Shown piece after piece: positions 12,666 to 24,613 of a stretch of 64,000 bases of DNA. Location of the stretch: the NCBI GenBank assembly GCA_038087875.1, contig CM075996.1, positions 1,180,001-1,244,000 on the forward strand, read 5' to 3'. The DNA comes from Malacoraja senta. Its lineage: Eukaryota. A model generated the notes under the pieces. The model saw only the letters and a list, made by a program, of their open reading frames with translations. It made no database searches and was not told the DNA's origin. Numbering within the stretch: position 1 is the stretch's first letter; the number at the start of each line of letters is the position of its first letter. A program made the translations under genes and the position numbers.

Positions 12666-14004
12666 CCGTTAAAGATAGACACAAAAAGCTGGAGTAACTC
12701 AGTGGGACGGACAGACGGGCAGCAGCATCTCTGGAGGGAAGGAATGGGCGACGTTTCGTATCGAGACCCTTCTTCAGACATTCCCTCCTACACTTTTCCT
12801 CTGGTCGCTGTAAGTTGCTCCTGGTGTGGAGGTGAGTGGTAGAATCTGGGGCGAGTGTGGGATTAATGTAAATGGGTGTTTGTTGGTCAGTGTGGACGTA
12901 ATGGGCCAAAGGGCCTGTTTCCATGTTTGTATCTATGACTCAGATCCTATGAAGAAATTGGTGTCATTTAAATGTACTTTCCTGTTCTTACAGAATAATG
13001 AGCTTATTTACAGGTATCTTATGGGGATGTTCATTAAAATGTAGAAAATATTAAATAATTTGGATGAGGTATGCAGTGGTGGGAGATTCGCCCTGTTTCG
13101 ACGAATGCAATCAACCTGGCGTGCAGAATCAAATAAGATCAAATAGAACAAGTTGCCCTTTAGTAGAGTAGAGTGTTAATTTGTTCATGATATATGTATT
13201 TTTACTTCTATTTATTTTTTACTGCACACTGAAATGGACATTGGTTGAGGAACGTTTTTTTGTTTCCTCTGGGTATGCGAATACTCAGGAAATGACAATA
13301 AAGATATACAATACAAACTTTAGGCTGTGCACGCCATACACAAGAGGAAGAAGATGAGGTATACCCAAAATATCACTTCAAAGCAGAACACAGGAGAGAG
13401 GGAGTTTGCACAAAGCATGGTGGGCGTTTTAAAGTATATTGTATGAGAGATGGGGGTTGGAGGGGGAAGTCATAAAGATGAACCTCAGTGACTCAGTACT
13501 CTCTTCCTGGTCTTTACAGACTCGACTCAACTCGACTCTGGCTGAATCTCTGCTGCTGCACTTTGCCCAAGCACTCGAGTGTAGTCCAAGCCCGCCCCCT
13601 TCAGCAGAATGCTGGTCGTTACAGATGGTAAATAGTTCTAAGATAGACACAAAATGCTGGAGTAACTCAGCGGGACAGGCAGCATCTCTGGAGAGAAGGA
13701 ATGGGTGACGTTTCGGGTTGAGACCCTTCTTCAGACTTATTTCTGGTCTGCTTATGAGACTTGATTTTGTGTCTTGGTCTGGCTTATTGTTAATGATACC
13801 TGGCACAAAACCTACTGAGTGGGAAGGAACTGCAGATTCTGGATTAAACCGAAAATAGGCACAAAAAGCTTGAGTAACTCAGCGGGACAGGCAGCAGCAT
13901 CACAAGATGCTGAGTTACTCCAGCTTTATGTGACAAAACTTACTGAGTCACTACTTAGCCATCAATGCTGTGCCAATCAGGTATACCAGGCGATGCCGCA
14001 AGAA

Positions 14005-14135
14005 GGCAGCATCTACCATCACGGATGCCCACCATGTGGGCCCTGCCCTCTTCTCACTGCTACCGTGGGGCAGGACGTACAGAAGCCTCAAGTCCCACGC
14101 CAGCACGTTCAAGAACAGCTACTTTGCTGCAACCA
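14005..14135 (+). mobile_element. Rex1/Babar-like LINE C-terminal remnant
   Basis: ITDAHHVGPALFSLLPWGRTYRSLKSHASTFKNSYF resembles the LF.LLPSGRRYRS...FKNSF motif. Confidence 0.65.
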
Positions 14136-14794
14136 CTATCTCTGGATGGGTGACGTTTCGGGTCAGGAGGGAACTGGAGATAAGAAAAGGCCATGGTCGA
14201 TGGCTATGTGATTCCTTTATCTTCAGGAGTCTGGTGTTGGGAGTTTCAGCAACGTGGGCTCCTGCACTGCATGCTTATGTCCCAGACAGACAGCTGTAAC
14301 TATCTCAGACCTCAATACGAGCTATATCACGCCAATTTTCTCTCTACGCTAAACCTCTCTTGGGAGAGACCGACACAAACAATACTCGTTTCTCTGGAGA
14401 TTAAGTGCGCTGAGTGCTCCCCATAATGGGCCAGTTGCCACGGTTACTGAATGAAGGACCATTCTTCCTTCCATTATTTTCTCCACCCATTATTTCTGAT
14501 CTGTGGTCTGGGAGGTTTATTAAATAAGTCGAGAGATAAAGTAGCAACTGATTGCTTTGGATGGGGGAACGGTAATCTTAAAGCAATTACACCGAGTGAA
14601 TTGCAGACAAACCACTCTACTGAAAAAAATAAAATCTTGCAAAAGCAAAGAACTTGCGATAATCGCTTTTCACAGTATCAAGAAATCATAAAGAGGTTAT
14701 TAATCTCTTTATGTGCTTGGTTTTGTTCTTGGGCAATTGCTGTAGGCAATTTCTACAGAAGAAGACTCCATAAAATGGGATGTCACTGTCCAAA

Positions 14795-15525
14795 GGGCAG
14801 GCACGGTGGCGCAGCAGTAGAGTTACTGCCTCACATCGCCGGAGACCCAGGTTCGATCCTGACTACGGGTGCTGTCTGTACGGAGTTTGTATGATCTCGC
14901 TAGAATTTGTACTCGCTAGAATTTAGAAGATTGAGGGGGGATCTTATAGAAACTTACAAAATTCTTAAGGGGTTGGACAGGCTAGATGCAGGAAGATTGT
15001 TGCCGATGTTGGGGAAGTCCAGAACAAGGGGTCACAGTTTAAGGATAAGGGGGAAGTCTTTTAGGACCGAGATGAGAAAAAAAAATGTCACAGAGAGTGG
15101 TGAATCTGTGGAATTCTCTGCCACAGAAAGTAGTTGAGGCCAGTTCATTGGCTATATTTAAGAGGGTTAGATGTGGCCCTTGTGGCTAAAGGGATCAGGG
15201 GGTATGAAGAGAAGGCAGGTACAGGATACTGAGTTGGATGATCATATTGAATGGCGGTGCAGGCTCGAAGGGCCGAATGGCCTACTCCTGCACCTATTTT
15301 CTATGTTTCTATGTTTCTATCTCCCTGTGACCGGGTAGGTTTTGTCCGGGTGCTCTGGTTTCCTCCCACACTCCGAAGACTTACTGGTTTGTAGGTTAAT
15401 TGGCTTCGGTAAAATTGTAAATTGTCCCTGGTGTGTGTAGGATAGTGTTAATGTGTGGGGACCACTGGTCGGTGTGAACTTGATTGGCCGAAGGGCCTGT
15501 TTCCACGTTGTATCTCCAAACTAAA
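14795..15525 (+). mobile_element. HE1-like V-SINE split by a nested CR1/HER1 LINE 3' fragment (~14895-15320)
   Basis: SINE head GGCACGGTGGCGCAGC..GGTTCGATCC..GGAGTTTGTA resumes at CTCCCTGTGACC after a CR1 piece encoding YSLEFRRLRGDLIETYKILKGLDR that ends in a (TTTCTATG)n tail. Confidence 0.85.
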
Positions 15526-15719
15526 CGAAAGATAGACGCCATTTTGGATCAGGAACCTTCAATCTAAAGATTGTCTGTCCATTCCCTCCACAGATGCTGT
15601 CTGACCCACTGAGTTTCTCCAGCACTTTGTTTATTACTCAAAAGACAACCTCCTCTACATCATCCTCCCCTGTCACTACATGCCAGATCTTTCATTGGTT
15701 GGGTGTTGGAAGTTGCCTA

Positions 15720-16385
15720 GTAAATAAATAACTGGTGTAAAATGCTTTGCTGCAGTGCCCTTCACATCCAGTGCTCTTGCACCCACTGAGGTTCTAGTAA
15801 CGTTTATCCCTGACCTAAACTAGGTAACTTGGTCATCAATTTATGCGCAGCAACCCACACGAAAGGCAATGTGCTGAGTGACTTCAATGGCATTGCTTAA
15901 TTACTGAATATTGGCCAGGATTGTCACTCCCGCATCGGTCTCTTCAGCCACAAGCGATGCTGCTCTAGCAGAGGTTTGGAGCAAGCGGCCAACAACTAGG
16001 ATGCATCACGCATGGTCAGTCATGACCGAGGGGGGCCTACAAAAAAAAGACCAGGACACCTCAGCAAGATCATTCATATCTTTCATTCATTGTTCTTTAT
16101 CTCTCCACATCACCGTCTACATCTCTCGTTTCCCTTATCCCTAACCGGTCTGAAGAAGGGTCTCGACCCGAAACGTCACCCATTGCTTCTCTCCAGAGAT
16201 GCTGCCTGTCCCGCTGAGCTTTTTGTGTCTATCTTCCCTGTTTATGTTCCAAGTAGCGCAAAAAATAATATTACTTCTATTTAACGCCCTGTGCAAAAAG
16301 TCAGAGCCTCTGACAGTGCAGCACTGTCTCGGTAGGGCGCTGAGATTTTTGTGCTCAGACCCCATGGTGGGACTCGAACCCTCGC
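15720..16385 (-). mobile_element. Ancient DeuSINE (SacSINE1-like) remnant interrupted by a younger insertion; duplicated at ~16800-17545
   Basis: Minus strand: tRNA-like B box GGGTTCGAGTCCC, then TGAGCACAAAAATCT..GTGCTGCACTGTCAGAGG and TCCTGGCCAATATT..CATTGC..GTGTGGGTTGCTGCGCATAAATTG, resembling the Deu-domain consensus as I recall it. Confidence 0.6.
16147..16180 (+). ncRNA. Minimal type I hammerhead ribozyme motif in a Penelope-like repeat (best-preserved copy)
   Basis: GGU-CUGAAGA-A-GGGU(CUCG)ACCC-GAAA-CGUC-ACC: core boxes, 4-bp stem II, palindromic ACGU in place of stem III, GUC triplet, GGU/ACC stem I. Confidence 0.7.
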
Positions 16386-16389
16386 CATC

Positions 16390-16660
16390 AGCGCCAGTGG
16401 CCCGGTGCCGCCTGCGAGGGACGTGTGACCAACGGTCTGCTCGCAGCTGCGGCTGCAGTTCCCGGCGCCCCCACCTGCGGCGCCACCCGCGGCAGACCGT
16501 CCGCGTTGCCATGGAGACCTCCGCGTCCCTCCGGGCCGGAAGTCCCGCCTCTCCGCCGGCGCCATTGGCCGTTCAGCCGCGCCGGGCGCTTGGGGAGGGT
16601 CGTGATTGGCGGAGAGCGCTGTCCGTCAGCGACCTGCGCTTCCGGTGTGGCCTAGGGTGG
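16390..16660 (+). promoter_or_regulatory. CpG-island promoter of DNAAF3 with RFX X-box, ETS site, GC box and two inverted CCAAT boxes
   Basis: Markedly CpG-rich patch: GTTGCCATGGAGAC (16505-16518), CCGGAAGT (16536-16543), CCCGCC (16544-16549), ATTGG (16564, 16605); 1.6 kb upstream of the first coding exon, which is preceded by an acceptor at 18191. Confidence 0.75.
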
Positions 16661-18204
16661 GAGTTGGTGGGGTTGAGTTTTGGTGAATTTACTGTTTGTT
16701 TACAACGTTGATGTTGTTCCTCAGGCCGAGGGGGAAATGCTGGAAGTAGCAGGGGAGCGGGCGCCGGGGGAGTTACTATCCTGGTGTGGGAAGTTGCCCA
16801 GTGAAGCAATAACTGGTGTAAAATGCTTTGCTGCAGCGATCATCCCTGACCTAAACATGGTGGTGAATCTGTGGCCAGCAACTCACACTAAAGGCAATGT
16901 GCTGAGTGACTTCAGTGCCATTGTTTATGGGGTGAATGTTGGCCAGGACACCTCAGCAAGATCATTGTTGGGATCTACCCTTCATTACATTGGCCCGTTT
17001 CCTTTATCATCGTTACCTTTTTGCATATCTTTCATTCATTGTTCTTTATCTCTCTACGTCATCGTCTAGACCTCTCGCTTCCCTTTCCCCTGACTTTCAG
17101 TCTGGAGAAGGGTCTGGAGTAGGCCAGTTCATTGGCTATATTTAAGAGGGAGTTAGATGTGGCCCTTGTGGCTAAGGGGATCAGGGGGTATGGAGAGAAG
17201 GCAGGTACGGGATACTGAGTTGGATGATCAGCCATGATCATATTGAATGGCGGTGCAGGCTCGAAGGGCCGAATGGCCTACTCCTGCACCTATTTTCTAT
17301 GTATCTATGTATCTAACCCGGGACGTCACCCATTCCTTCTCTCCAGAGATGCTGCCTGACCCGTTGAGTTACTCCAGCTTTTTGTTTATATCTTCCCTGT
17401 TTATGTTGCAAGTAGCACTATGAAGTATTTTACTTCTATTTAACGCCCTGTGCAAAAAGGCAGAGCCTCCGACAATGTAGCACTATCTCGGTACGGCACT
17501 GGGATGTTTGTGCTCAGACTCCATGGTGGGACTCGAACCCTCAACGTTTATGTTGTTCCTCAGTCGGAGGGGAATGTTGAACGTTGAAAACTGTGGGTGC
17601 CAGGGCGTTGCTATCCCGTGCTTCTACTCCCTCTCACTCACTCACTCACACTGCAGAGACAGTCCAGGTCCCACTCTGCCTTCGTGGTGAACATGGACAC
17701 GAGCTGTTGATGCATTCGTGAATCACTGTGCAGTCCCACTTCATATTTTTTGTCATCAGTGAAAATTGGAAAAAAATCAACTTTTCACATGGATGGAAAA
17801 GGTTTAGAGGGATATGGGCCAAATGCAGGCAGGTGGGTCTAGTGTAGATGGGACATCTTGGTCAGCATAGGTGAGTTGGGCCGAAGGGCCTGTTTCTGTG
17901 CTGCATGGAGTCACACAACTAGAACAAGTGTTTCACTGGAACCAGTGATGTTGGTGATACCTGTAACCAGTGGATGGAGAGTGCAACATCTCAGATTATG
18001 GCCAAGGAAGGTGACTGCCAGAGATAAATGAAGTTCACTGCAGAAGGAAGAGATCCTAACTGCAGAAATATGGTTTAATAATGCTCAGGAAAATAATGCT
18101 TCAAATTTAAGAAACATAAGACAGAACTAGAAACCTGATTCTTTGATGGACTGTTGTGATGTAGTTGATGCAATTGTTGTTATCTCCCCAGACTGCATCA
18201 AGAA

Positions 18205-18286
18205 ATGACTGCGTGTGGGACTGGGGAAGGATTCGGAACAGTGACCTGGTGGGGGTTCAGCCCTGCAATGGATTTCCAGAAACAAG
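18205..18286 (+). CDS. DNAAF3: Dynein axonemal assembly factor 3, coding exon 1
   Basis: ATG at 18205; MTACGTGEGFGTVTWWGFSPAMDFQKQ (family motif G.G...WWG.SPA.D); G|gtgaga. Confidence 0.93.
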
Positions 18287-19504
18287 GTGAGAGTGGTTTG
18301 AAAAGCCTAAGTAAAAATAAAAAGAATGATAGAAACTTTCATTCTTTAAGCTCTCTGTTAGTGAAGCATTATATGGAGTTAGACAAAAATGCTGGAGAAA
18401 CTCAGCAGGTGCGGCAGCGTCTGTGCAGCGAAGGAAATAGGCAACGTTTCGGGCCGAAACCCAAGGTGCCTATTTCCTACGCTCCATAGATGCTGCCGCA
18501 CCCGCTGAGTTTCACCAGCATTTTTGTCTACCTTCGATTTTCCAGCATCTGCAGTTCCTTCTTGAACATTATATGGAGTGCATGGAGGCGGTTTAACAGT
18601 CAGTTGTTTGTGGTTCAGGCTCCTAGCCTGCATCCTTTCAACATTTAAAAATCAGTTTATATTGGGGGGGGAGGGGGGAAGAATGGAGGTGTGGAGAACA
18701 GGGGGGGAAAGATGCGACAGGAGCATTTTAAAACAACTCTTTATCCCAAGTGATGCTCTGAGGGTTTGCAAGAGAGATTAAGGAACAGGGTCCAGCTCTG
18801 AATATTTATATTTGAAGTTTAACAAAAATACAGTTAAAAGAATCTAGCATGGAAGAGAATAAATAAATATTAGCAATATCTCAGAGCATGAAACCGCTGG
18901 GACCCATGTTGGAGTTGCCACATCAGTCAGAGAGATAAACGTGTAAACTGTGTAAAACAATGCACTGATCTGAGATAGACACAAAATGCTGGAGTAACTC
19001 AGCGGGACAGGCAGCATCCCTGGAGAGAAGGAATGGGTGACGTTTCGGGTCGAGGCCCTCCTTCAGACTGGAATATTTTATATTCTGGCTTCACTGAATT
19101 CCCTTTGGCAGATGCAATGGGGATAAAATGGAGAATTTCTTATCAGAATGTCGACACAAAAAGCTGGAGTAACTCAGCGGGTCAAGAGTGTTGTATTGTC
19201 ATGTGTCCCAGATAGAACACTGACATTCTTACTTGCTGCAGCACAACACAATATGTAAACATAGAAAACTGTAAACAATATAATTAATGTCAGTGGTCAG
19301 ACAGCATCTCTGGAGAAAAGCAATAGGAAAATAGTTACTCCAGCTCTTTGTGTCTATCCTCAGTGTAAAACAGCATCTGCAATTCCTTCCTACACACAAG
19401 TTAATTATCAGCATTGATATAACTGGATAATGTCAGCGTAAAATTCAATATTATCAATTTCTGCTAATTGCATTTGATGTGATGCTTGTGTTCTTTATTC
19501 ACAG

Positions 19505-19647
19505 GGTTATCCGCATCAATGAAGGCACTGCGCTCCAATGAAGACGGTATCCCTGAGCTGAATATCCTCATGGTTGGTGCGGGCGATAGCCGCCATCTCC
19601 TAACAACCATCTGCCGGGCTCACCGCTGGCCAACGAGGAAGATTCAC
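19505..19647 (+). CDS. DNAAF3: DNAAF3 coding exon 2
   Basis: cacag| ... CAC|gtaaga, 143 nt; GLSASMKALRSNEDGIPELNILMVGAGDSRHLLTTICRAHRWPTRKIH. Confidence 0.92.
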
Positions 19648-20644
19648 GTAAGAACCATCACTTAGCAGATCCACTTTCCTTTCCTAATTCAATTCATGCT
19701 GAAATATGAGTCTGCTTTAGCGAAGCAACTTCAGAATATTCCAGGCAATAATTCGGTTCAGTTTATTGTCACGTGTACCAGTGGAAAGCTTTTGTTGCGT
19801 GCTATCCAGTCAGCGAAAATACATGATTACTATTAGACTGTCCACAAGTGTACAGATACGGTATAAGGGTTTCGGCCCGAAACGTTGCCTATCTCCTTCG
19901 CTCCATAGATACTGCTGCACCCGCTGAGTTTCTCCAGCATTTTTGTGTACCCGGGATAAAGAGATTAATTGTTTAGTGCAATTTAAAGTCCGATTAAAGA
20001 TAGTTAGAAGGTATCCAATAAGTGAGATAGATGGGAGGTCAGGACCGCTCTCTAGCTGGTGATAGGGTGGTAACGAAGATGCATGGTATGCATGCTTTCA
20101 TAGGCCGGTGTACTGAGTATAAGAGTCAGGATGTCAGCTTTGTAGGACTTTGGTTAGGCTGTATTTGGAATACAGCAGGCAGATCTGGCTGCCCCATTGC
20201 CGGGAGGATGTGGTGGGTTTGGACATAATCCAGAGGAGGTTTACTGGAACGATGCCTGGGTTAGGGGTTATTAGCTACAGGGAGAGGTTGAACAGACTTG
20301 TGTTATTTTCTCTGAAACGCCAGAGGTCGTGGGGAGTTTAGAAGTGTGGAAAGTTATGAGAGGCATAGACAAGGTTGACAGTCACAACCTATTTCCCAGG
20401 GCGGCACGGTGGCACAGGGGTAGAGTTGCTGCCTTACAGCGAATGCAGCGCTGGAGATCAGCATTCGATCCTGACCACGGGTGCTGTCTGTACAGAGTTT
20501 GTACGAAATTAAATGCTAGGGGGCATAACTTTAATGTGTGGCAAAATTTTAAGGAGATTTGGGGGAAAAGTGGGTGGTGAGTGTCTGGAACACATTGCCA
20601 GCGTGGTGATTGAAGCGGATGCGATAGTTGCATTTAAGAAGCAT

Positions 20645-20965
20645 TTTAGTTTAGTTGAGAGATACAGCGTGGAAACAGACCCTTCAGCCCACGGGGTCCA
20701 CGCCAACCAGCGATCCCCACACACTAACACTATCCTACACACACTAGGGACATTTTCATACATTTACCAAGCCAATTTACCTACATACCTGTATGTCTTT
20801 GGAGTGTGGGAGGAAACCGAAGATCTCAGAGAAAACCCACACAGGTCACGGGGAGAACGTACAAACTCCGTACAGACAGCACCCGTGGTCAGGATCGAAC
20901 GCTGATCACCAGCGCTGCATTCGCTGTAAGTCAGCAACTCTACCCCTGGGCCACTGTGCCGCCCT
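20645..20965 (-). mobile_element. Full-length HE1-like V-SINE
   Basis: Reverse complement of the SINE with A/B boxes and (AAACT)n tail; inserted in an older CR1 remnant (~20050-21080). Confidence 0.85.
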
Positions 20966-21369
20966 TAGATACGCAGGGAATGGAGGGATATGGATTATAC
21001 GCAGGTAGATAAGAGATGGTCTTGGCATCATGTTCGGCACAGACATTGTGGGCCGAAGGGCCTATTCTTGATCTATGTTGTCTAGGAATACAATAATATA
21101 CCAAAACCATCTTGGTGTTTGGGCTCCATCTACTCACGATCTTTATCATTGATTTCACTCAGTCAACCACATGTCATATTTCCAGATTTTCCAATTACAC
21201 AAAACTACGTGAGATTGTGATGAGGGAGAAGAGAGAGGCTTCAAGAGCATTTAAACAAGATGAGTGAGTGGGCTAAACTGCTGATCTTCATTTTGGTGCA
21301 CGAACAGAAAAGAAAGATTTTTAAAAAGTAGTGGGAGACTGTGTAATGTCGATCTTCAAAGTGACCCAG

Positions 21370-22000
21370 GTGTCCTTGTAGACATGTCCCTGTCCCCTCG
21401 TCGACATGTCCCTGTGTCCTCGTAGACATGACCCTGTCCCCTCGTCGACATGTCCCTGTGTCCTCGTAGACATGACCCTGTGTCCTCGTTGACATGTCCC
21501 TGTGTCCTCGTTGACATGTCCCTGTGTCCTCGTTGACATGTTCGTGTCCTCGTTGACATGTCCCTGTGTCCTCGTAGACATGTCCCTGTGTCCTCGTAGA
21601 CATCCCTGTGTCCTCGTAGACATGTCCCTGTGTCCTCGTAGACATGTCCCTGTGTCCTCGTTGACATGTCCCTGTGTCCTCGTTGACATGTCCCTGTGTC
21701 CTCGTAGACATCCCTGTCCCCTCGTAGACATGTCCCTGTGTCCCATCGTAGACATGACCCTGTGTCCTCGTAGACGTGTCCCTGTGTCCCATCATAGACA
21801 TGTCCCTGTGTCCTCGTAGACATGTCCCTGTGTCCACGTTGATGTCCCTGTGTCCACGTCGACGTGTCCCTGTGTCCACGTCGACATGTCCCTGTCCCAT
21901 CGTCGACGTCCCTGTGTCCACATAGACGTAACCCTGTGTCCACGTTGACGTGTCCCTGTCCCAACGTAGACATGTCCCTGTGTCCACGTTGACGTGTCCC
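21370..22000. repeat. ~22-bp minisatellite (GACATGTCCCTGTGTCCTCGTA)n
   Basis: Direct inspection. Confidence 0.95.
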
Positions 22001-23239
22001 TGAAAGCTAAAGAATATTGAAGCAGGGGTAAACTCTGAGAATAAAGGAGTAGTGAATTTCGGACTAAGGAGAGGAGAGGTTTCACTCGATGCAGAGTGTT
22101 TGTTGGAGTTCTGCAGCCCTGCTGATTATGGAAGATCTCTCTCTCTCTCTCTCTTTGGCGTTTGAGGCAGCAGAGGTTATGTAACGGCCTCCAGGCGCTG
22201 TAGCCAGTTCAATGTGCTGTTGCAGAGGGCCGTGAGGTCTACCCCTCCACCAGGGGGGCGGAGGACAGCGCAGTGGAAAATGACGAGCTGCGCTGTTTGC
22301 TGGTTGTGGAAGATGAGTCACTGAGTTGATATGAAGAGAAACCTATGATATGGTGATGGTGCAGGAAAATTGTTGAGGTGAAAGCTGAGCTATGACCTTG
22401 ATAAATGGCAGAGCAGTCTCGAAGGACCATGACCACTTGTGTGATCTTGCAGCTCATATCTTGCTTCTTAATCCAGTTGTAGTTGCCATGGTGAGGATCA
22501 CAGTCTGGAATATTCCTTTTGGTTGAATCAGACAATGTAAACGTTGATTGTATTTTTAAAAAAGCACCTATCCAATTAATGTCTCAGTCCGAAGAAGCAT
22601 CTCGACCCGAAACGTCACCCATTCCTTCTCTCCAGAGATGCTGCCTGTCCCACTGAGTTACTCCAGCATTTTGTGTCTCTCTCCAATTAATGCCACTTGG
22701 TGGTAATTCGTAACATGGAATAGTACAGCACAGGAAGAGGCCCTTCAGCCCGCAGTGTCTGTGCTGAGGGTGTCTGGTGGTGACAGAATTCATTGAGACC
22801 TGAGTAAGGGAAAAGCAGCAACTTTATTGTTGACAGAGCACTGGGAGAAGAGGCACGACCTGGTGATCTGTGAGCATCTTCTCCCCGAGTCATCCTCACA
22901 GCTGGTGTATATATATATATATATATGTCAAACCGTGGCAGGTGTTTCCATTATTTGGATGAGGGGGCCAGACAAGCCCTTAGCAACTTAATCATTGTGG
23001 CTCAACAGTATCTATATTTTGGCTATTGCAGGCTCAGCATCTAGCCTTGTGACTTACAGTAGCTATGCACCATTCTCCACTTGGCATTTAGCCAACAAAG
23101 TTAATGTTCAGTTAGCACATAGCCAAGTACCCCAACATCCTCTCTGCTTCTGACATTGACTCCAACACTGTTTAACAGTGGTTTGCGATGTATACAACTG
23201 TAAAGTGGGGAATAACGTTGTATTACTTCCTGCTGCCAG

Positions 23240-23333
23240 TTCTACATCGTGGAGAATAACTTGGAGCTGCTGGGACGCCATCTTCTCTTTCTCACCATTG
23301 CTTTGGAGCGGCCAAGCACGATGGGTCTGCGAG
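23240..23333 (+). CDS. DNAAF3: DNAAF3 coding exon 3
   Basis: gccag| ... G|gtatgc, 94 nt; FYIVENNLELLGRHLLFLTIALERPSTMGLR. Confidence 0.93.
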
Positions 23334-23337
23334 GTAT

Positions 23338-23510
23338 GCTTGCTCACTACTGCTCACTACTTGCTCGCCACTTGCTCACTACTTGCTCACTACTTGTTCA
23401 CTACTGCTCACTACTCGCTCACTACGGCTCACTATTGTCCACTACTTGCTCACTATTGTCCACTACGTGCTCACTATTGCCTCACTACTTGCTCACTACT
23501 GCCCTCCACT
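23338..23510. repeat. ~11-bp repeat (TGCTCACTACT)n filling most of a short DNAAF3 intron
   Basis: Direct inspection; intron 23334-23570. Confidence 0.9.
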
Positions 23511-23570
23511 AAATGTCCACTGTTTCCGTTTACGAACATCCATAACTGCAACTGTTTCTCCCTTTGGCAG

Positions 23571-23728
23571 AAAAGACTGAGCTGTTGCTTGAGCTGTTTG
23601 GCAATAGTCTGATCCGGAGTCAGACTGCAACCTACCTGCAGGAGAGGGCCAACGATTTCATCCATTACGTCACGGACCTCGACTACCTGGAGAAGAAACT
23701 GCCGCTGGTGGAGATGAGTGGCCTGAAG
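23571..23728 (+). CDS. DNAAF3: DNAAF3 coding exon 4
   Basis: ggcag| ... AAG|gttgga, 158 nt; EKTELLLELFGNSLIRSQTATYLQERANDFIHYVTDLDYLEKKLPLVEMSGLK. Confidence 0.93.
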
Positions 23729-23936
23729 GTTGGAGACGAGTCTAGTTCAATGGGAGGCTGAAATAAAAGCAGAACATGCTGGACCACTCTCAGACACGCA
23801 ACGTTAACTCTGCTTTCCCATCTACAGATGCTGCCTGACCCACTGAGTCTTTCGCTTTGTTCTGTTTATAGCTTCTGGAAAGGGACAGACGTGAAAGGAA
23901 AGTAGCAAGGCTTTAATTTCCTCCCGACGTTGTCCA

Positions 23937-24180
23937 CGGGCGGCACGGTGGCGCAGCGGGTAGAGCTGCTGCCTCACAGCGCCAGAGACCCCGGGTCCAT
24001 CCTGACTACGGGTGCTGTCTGTACGGAGTTTGCACGTTCTCCCCACGATCGCGTGGGTTTCCTCTGGGTGTTCCGGGTTTAGTTTAGTTTAGTTCTTCCC
24101 ACATTCCAAAGACATGCGGGTTTGTAGGTGAACTGTCGTCTATAAATGATCTCTAGTGTGTAGGACAGAACTAGTGTAGG
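23937..24180 (+). mobile_element. HE1-like V-SINE
   Basis: GGGCGGCACGGTGGCGCAGCGGGTAGAGCTGCTGCCTCACAGCGCC head plus V-domain. Confidence 0.8.
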
Positions 24181-24436
24181 AAGGAACTGCAGATGCTGGT
24201 TTACTCTGAAGAATGGTCTCAACCCGAAATGTCACCTATTCCATCTCTCCAGAGATGCTGCCTGTCCCGCTGAGTTACTCCAGCATTTTGTGTCTATCTT
24301 CGGTTTAAACTAGCATCTGCAGTTCCTTCCTGCACACACTGTCGTATGAAATGCGTTTAACCACTTGTTACCAAACTATATCAACAGTTGAAAGCTTGAT
24401 TTTCAGTTTAAAAACTTCTTTGCTCCTTCCCTGCAG

Positions 24437-24613
24437 TTTAAAGAGCGAGACCAGTTGGAGGCTATTTTTAAATTCTGGCGGGATGCAGACGCCAAGATGT
24501 TTCAGATCAGTAAGCTGTGGGATTTACGAAGCAGGCAGTACCTGGGAAATCGCTACGATTCAAAGGAAGGGGTCTATGACTGGGACCTGCACATGAAGCT
24601 GTACGATAGAGGG
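24437..24613 (+). CDS. DNAAF3: DNAAF3 coding exon 5
   Basis: ctgcag| ... GGG|gtaagt, 177 nt; FKERDQLEAIFKFWRDADAKMFQISKLWDLRSRQYLGNRYDSKEGVYDWDLHMKLYDRG. Confidence 0.95.

Noticed and set aside
11777..12842. Long Pro-rich and Gly-rich ORFs
   Set aside because: Produced by a C-rich low-complexity tract downstream of the SYT5 3' UTR; no splice or domain support.
16345..16390. tRNA-like T-arm/B box on the minus strand (also ~17510-17545 and HE1 heads)
   Set aside because: No full cloverleaf; it continues into SINE body sequence.
16199..16711. 170-aa ORF across the CpG island
   Set aside because: GC-rich sequence is stop-poor; the ORF starts in repeat sequence and has no recognisable domain.
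21370..22000. Regular short repeats resembling a CRISPR array (also 4215-4600, 5660-6035, 35620-36645)
   Set aside because: Head-to-tail minisatellites with no unique spacers, no cas genes, and a eukaryotic intronic or intergenic setting.
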